This document shows, piece after piece, positions 35,601 to 36,867 of a stretch of 36,867 bases of DNA; the first letter of the stretch is position 1; each line of letters begins with the position of its first letter. The DNA is taken from NCBI GenBank assembly GCA_004431415.1, contig QPMI01000373.1, forward strand, positions 1 to 36,867, read 5' to 3'. This DNA comes from Cyanophora paradoxa CCMP329 (Eukaryota > Plantae > Glaucophyta). The notes beneath the pieces are model-generated. The model saw only the letters and a list, made by a program, of their open reading frames with translations. It did not search any database and was not told where the DNA came from. A program made the translations under genes and the position numbers.

Positions 35601-36270
35601 CGTGTGGCCGGCCCTCCTCGCCCCGCTCGAGGTCCCCGCCGCGCTGGAGTACAGCCTCGCGAAGGCCCGCGCCCACGCCTTCCTTGGCACCGTCGCCCTC
35701 GCCAAGGTCAGAGTTCTCGCCCCCAAGCCCCCGGCCCCACTTCTGAGCGAGCCCTCTGCAGAACCTCGACGCTCTCGCCTCTTCAATGGCCGGCACGGCC
35801 GGCGCGCCGCCGGCCCCGGCGGGGCCCGTACGCGCGGCTGCCGGCGGGCACGGCGCGGCACCGGGCCCTCCGCAACGGGCGCCGCGCCGCCCGCCGCGCT
35901 TGCGGCGCCGGCGAGCTCAAGCGCGGAGGAGCAGCTGCGGGAGGCGCGGGGGGAGGCGGAGCGCCAGGCGCGGCGTGCGGCGGAGCTCGAGGGGCGGCTC
36001 GCGGCAGCCGAGAGGGAGCTCTCGGCCGCGCGGGCCGAGGCCTTAGCCGCAAAGACCGCTGCCGCCGAGCTCAATGCGAAGCTTGCATCCCCCGCCCGCT
36101 CCCCAGCATCAGCTCCCCCCTCCCTTCAGCCCCATGCGCCTAGAGTAGTCGAGCCCGCCGCGGCCGGCGCCCCCGCCGCGGTCACAGCCCCGAGGTTCGC
36201 GGCAGGCTCGCCCGATCAGAGCCCTTCCCTTGCCCGCCGCCCCTCGTCCGCCACTTGCTCCGTCAGCTAG
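32642..36270 (+). CDS. Ankyrin-repeat + TIR + degenerate TIR + coiled-coil protein with C-terminal CaaX box; multi-exon
   Basis: Ankyrin motifs SALHIAVHRGQTE, PPLAYAVAAGNPEITRLLLEAGA, GETALMLACRHG and GLTALHLAVLGGLREVAYALIARGAD. TIR1 (~34305-35010): RDVFISYGHQPPEVAEFARRLRDRLEAAHVTCWLDEQ...GTEWREQIGAGIAAAQAVVFVASRHACASEWCRRELSRASDLGRPIFPVW. TIR2 (~35278-35700): FYVLWCCPADAAFASQLAGGLRERGMAVWVD...AIGACAGFVPLLSAASAGSGLLRDRVQLA...VWPALL. Tail ...EEQLREARGEAERQARR...SSATCSVS*. Frame unresolved near 33500 and 35830-35900. Confidence 0.85.
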
Positions 36271-36352
36271 CGACAGCTCTAGTGGCGTCGTTCGCGTTTT
36301 TATGTTTCGGCCCTGCGATCAAATTCCCGGATTGAAAGGGGTACGTGCACAA

Positions 36353-36867
36353 ATGAGGCGCGCTGCAGGCCTGCTGGGCCTGCTGGCCCTGGTGCTGAGC
36401 TTCACGGCGGTCGTCGCCGGCCCGCACTGGAGCGATGTGGCCGGCATGCCGACACCCGTGACGGTCGCAGACGGTTTGTTTGAACCGCCCTTCAGCTCCG
36501 AGCAGCCGCCGGCTGCGGCCCGAACGTCTAGCATAGCTCGCATAGCTCGCCTGGATTCGTCTAAACGCCGTCGTGTGGGCGCCGTGGGCGCAAAGCACCC
36601 CAACGCCTGAACAATCTGACCCGACTGTCTCTCCGAACCGCAGGCGGCGTTTCGTACCTGCCTGCTGACTCCGTCGCGAGCTACAACCTGGCCGTTGACC
36701 TCAGCCAGTCCTTCGTGCGGAACCCGCCGCACTTTGCGGCGCATAACGCCGATCCCATCCGTGCAGGTTGGCATGAACCTCCAGCTCACCTCCGACAACG
36801 AGGTTCGCCCGGCCGCCGCCCGACCGCCGCCCGGCTCCGACACGTCGCCGCCGCCTCGCAGTTCATC
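36353..36867 (+). CDS. 5' part of a secreted or membrane protein with a signal peptide, cut by the right edge
   Basis: MRRAAGLLGLLALVLSFTAVVA has basic-hydrophobic-VxA signal peptide structure. Following GT-AG spliced exons read GVSYLPADSVASYNLAVDLSQSF|VGMNLQLTSDNE|FI. Confidence 0.65.

Overview
Eukaryotic nuclear DNA, very GC-rich and gene-dense, with many short introns (mostly ~50-120 nt); most long ORFs in the supplied track are artefacts of high GC. An OVA6-like organellar ProRS and a PPR protein both carry transit-peptide-like N-termini with an early Phe and no signal peptide. This suggests a primary-plastid alga, possibly a glaucophyte (inference). Hand-spliced genes: a long coiled-coil protein (cut by the left edge), a carnosine-synthase-like ATP-grasp ligase, a protein with five copies of a ~30-aa repeat I do not recognise, an 8-motif P-type PPR protein, a hypothetical protein, ALKBH6, a small acidic protein, organellar ProRS, an ankyrin-TIR-TIR-coiled-coil protein ending in a CaaX box, and the start of a secreted protein. 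A ~10.1-kb segment is present twice in tandem (6705-16816 and 16817-26940), joined at a CCT microhomology; the differences I found between copies are homopolymer indels. Each copy carries a 245-nt TA-flanked MITE inside a palindrome-rich spacer. Highlights: frequent GC-AG introns with weak G[TC][GC]CGC donors and no polypyrimidine tract, 8-22 nt micro-exons splitting the ALKBH6 active site, in-register PPR introns, the candidate immune-like TIR protein and the unrecognised repeat protein. All gene models were spliced by eye; no searches were run.
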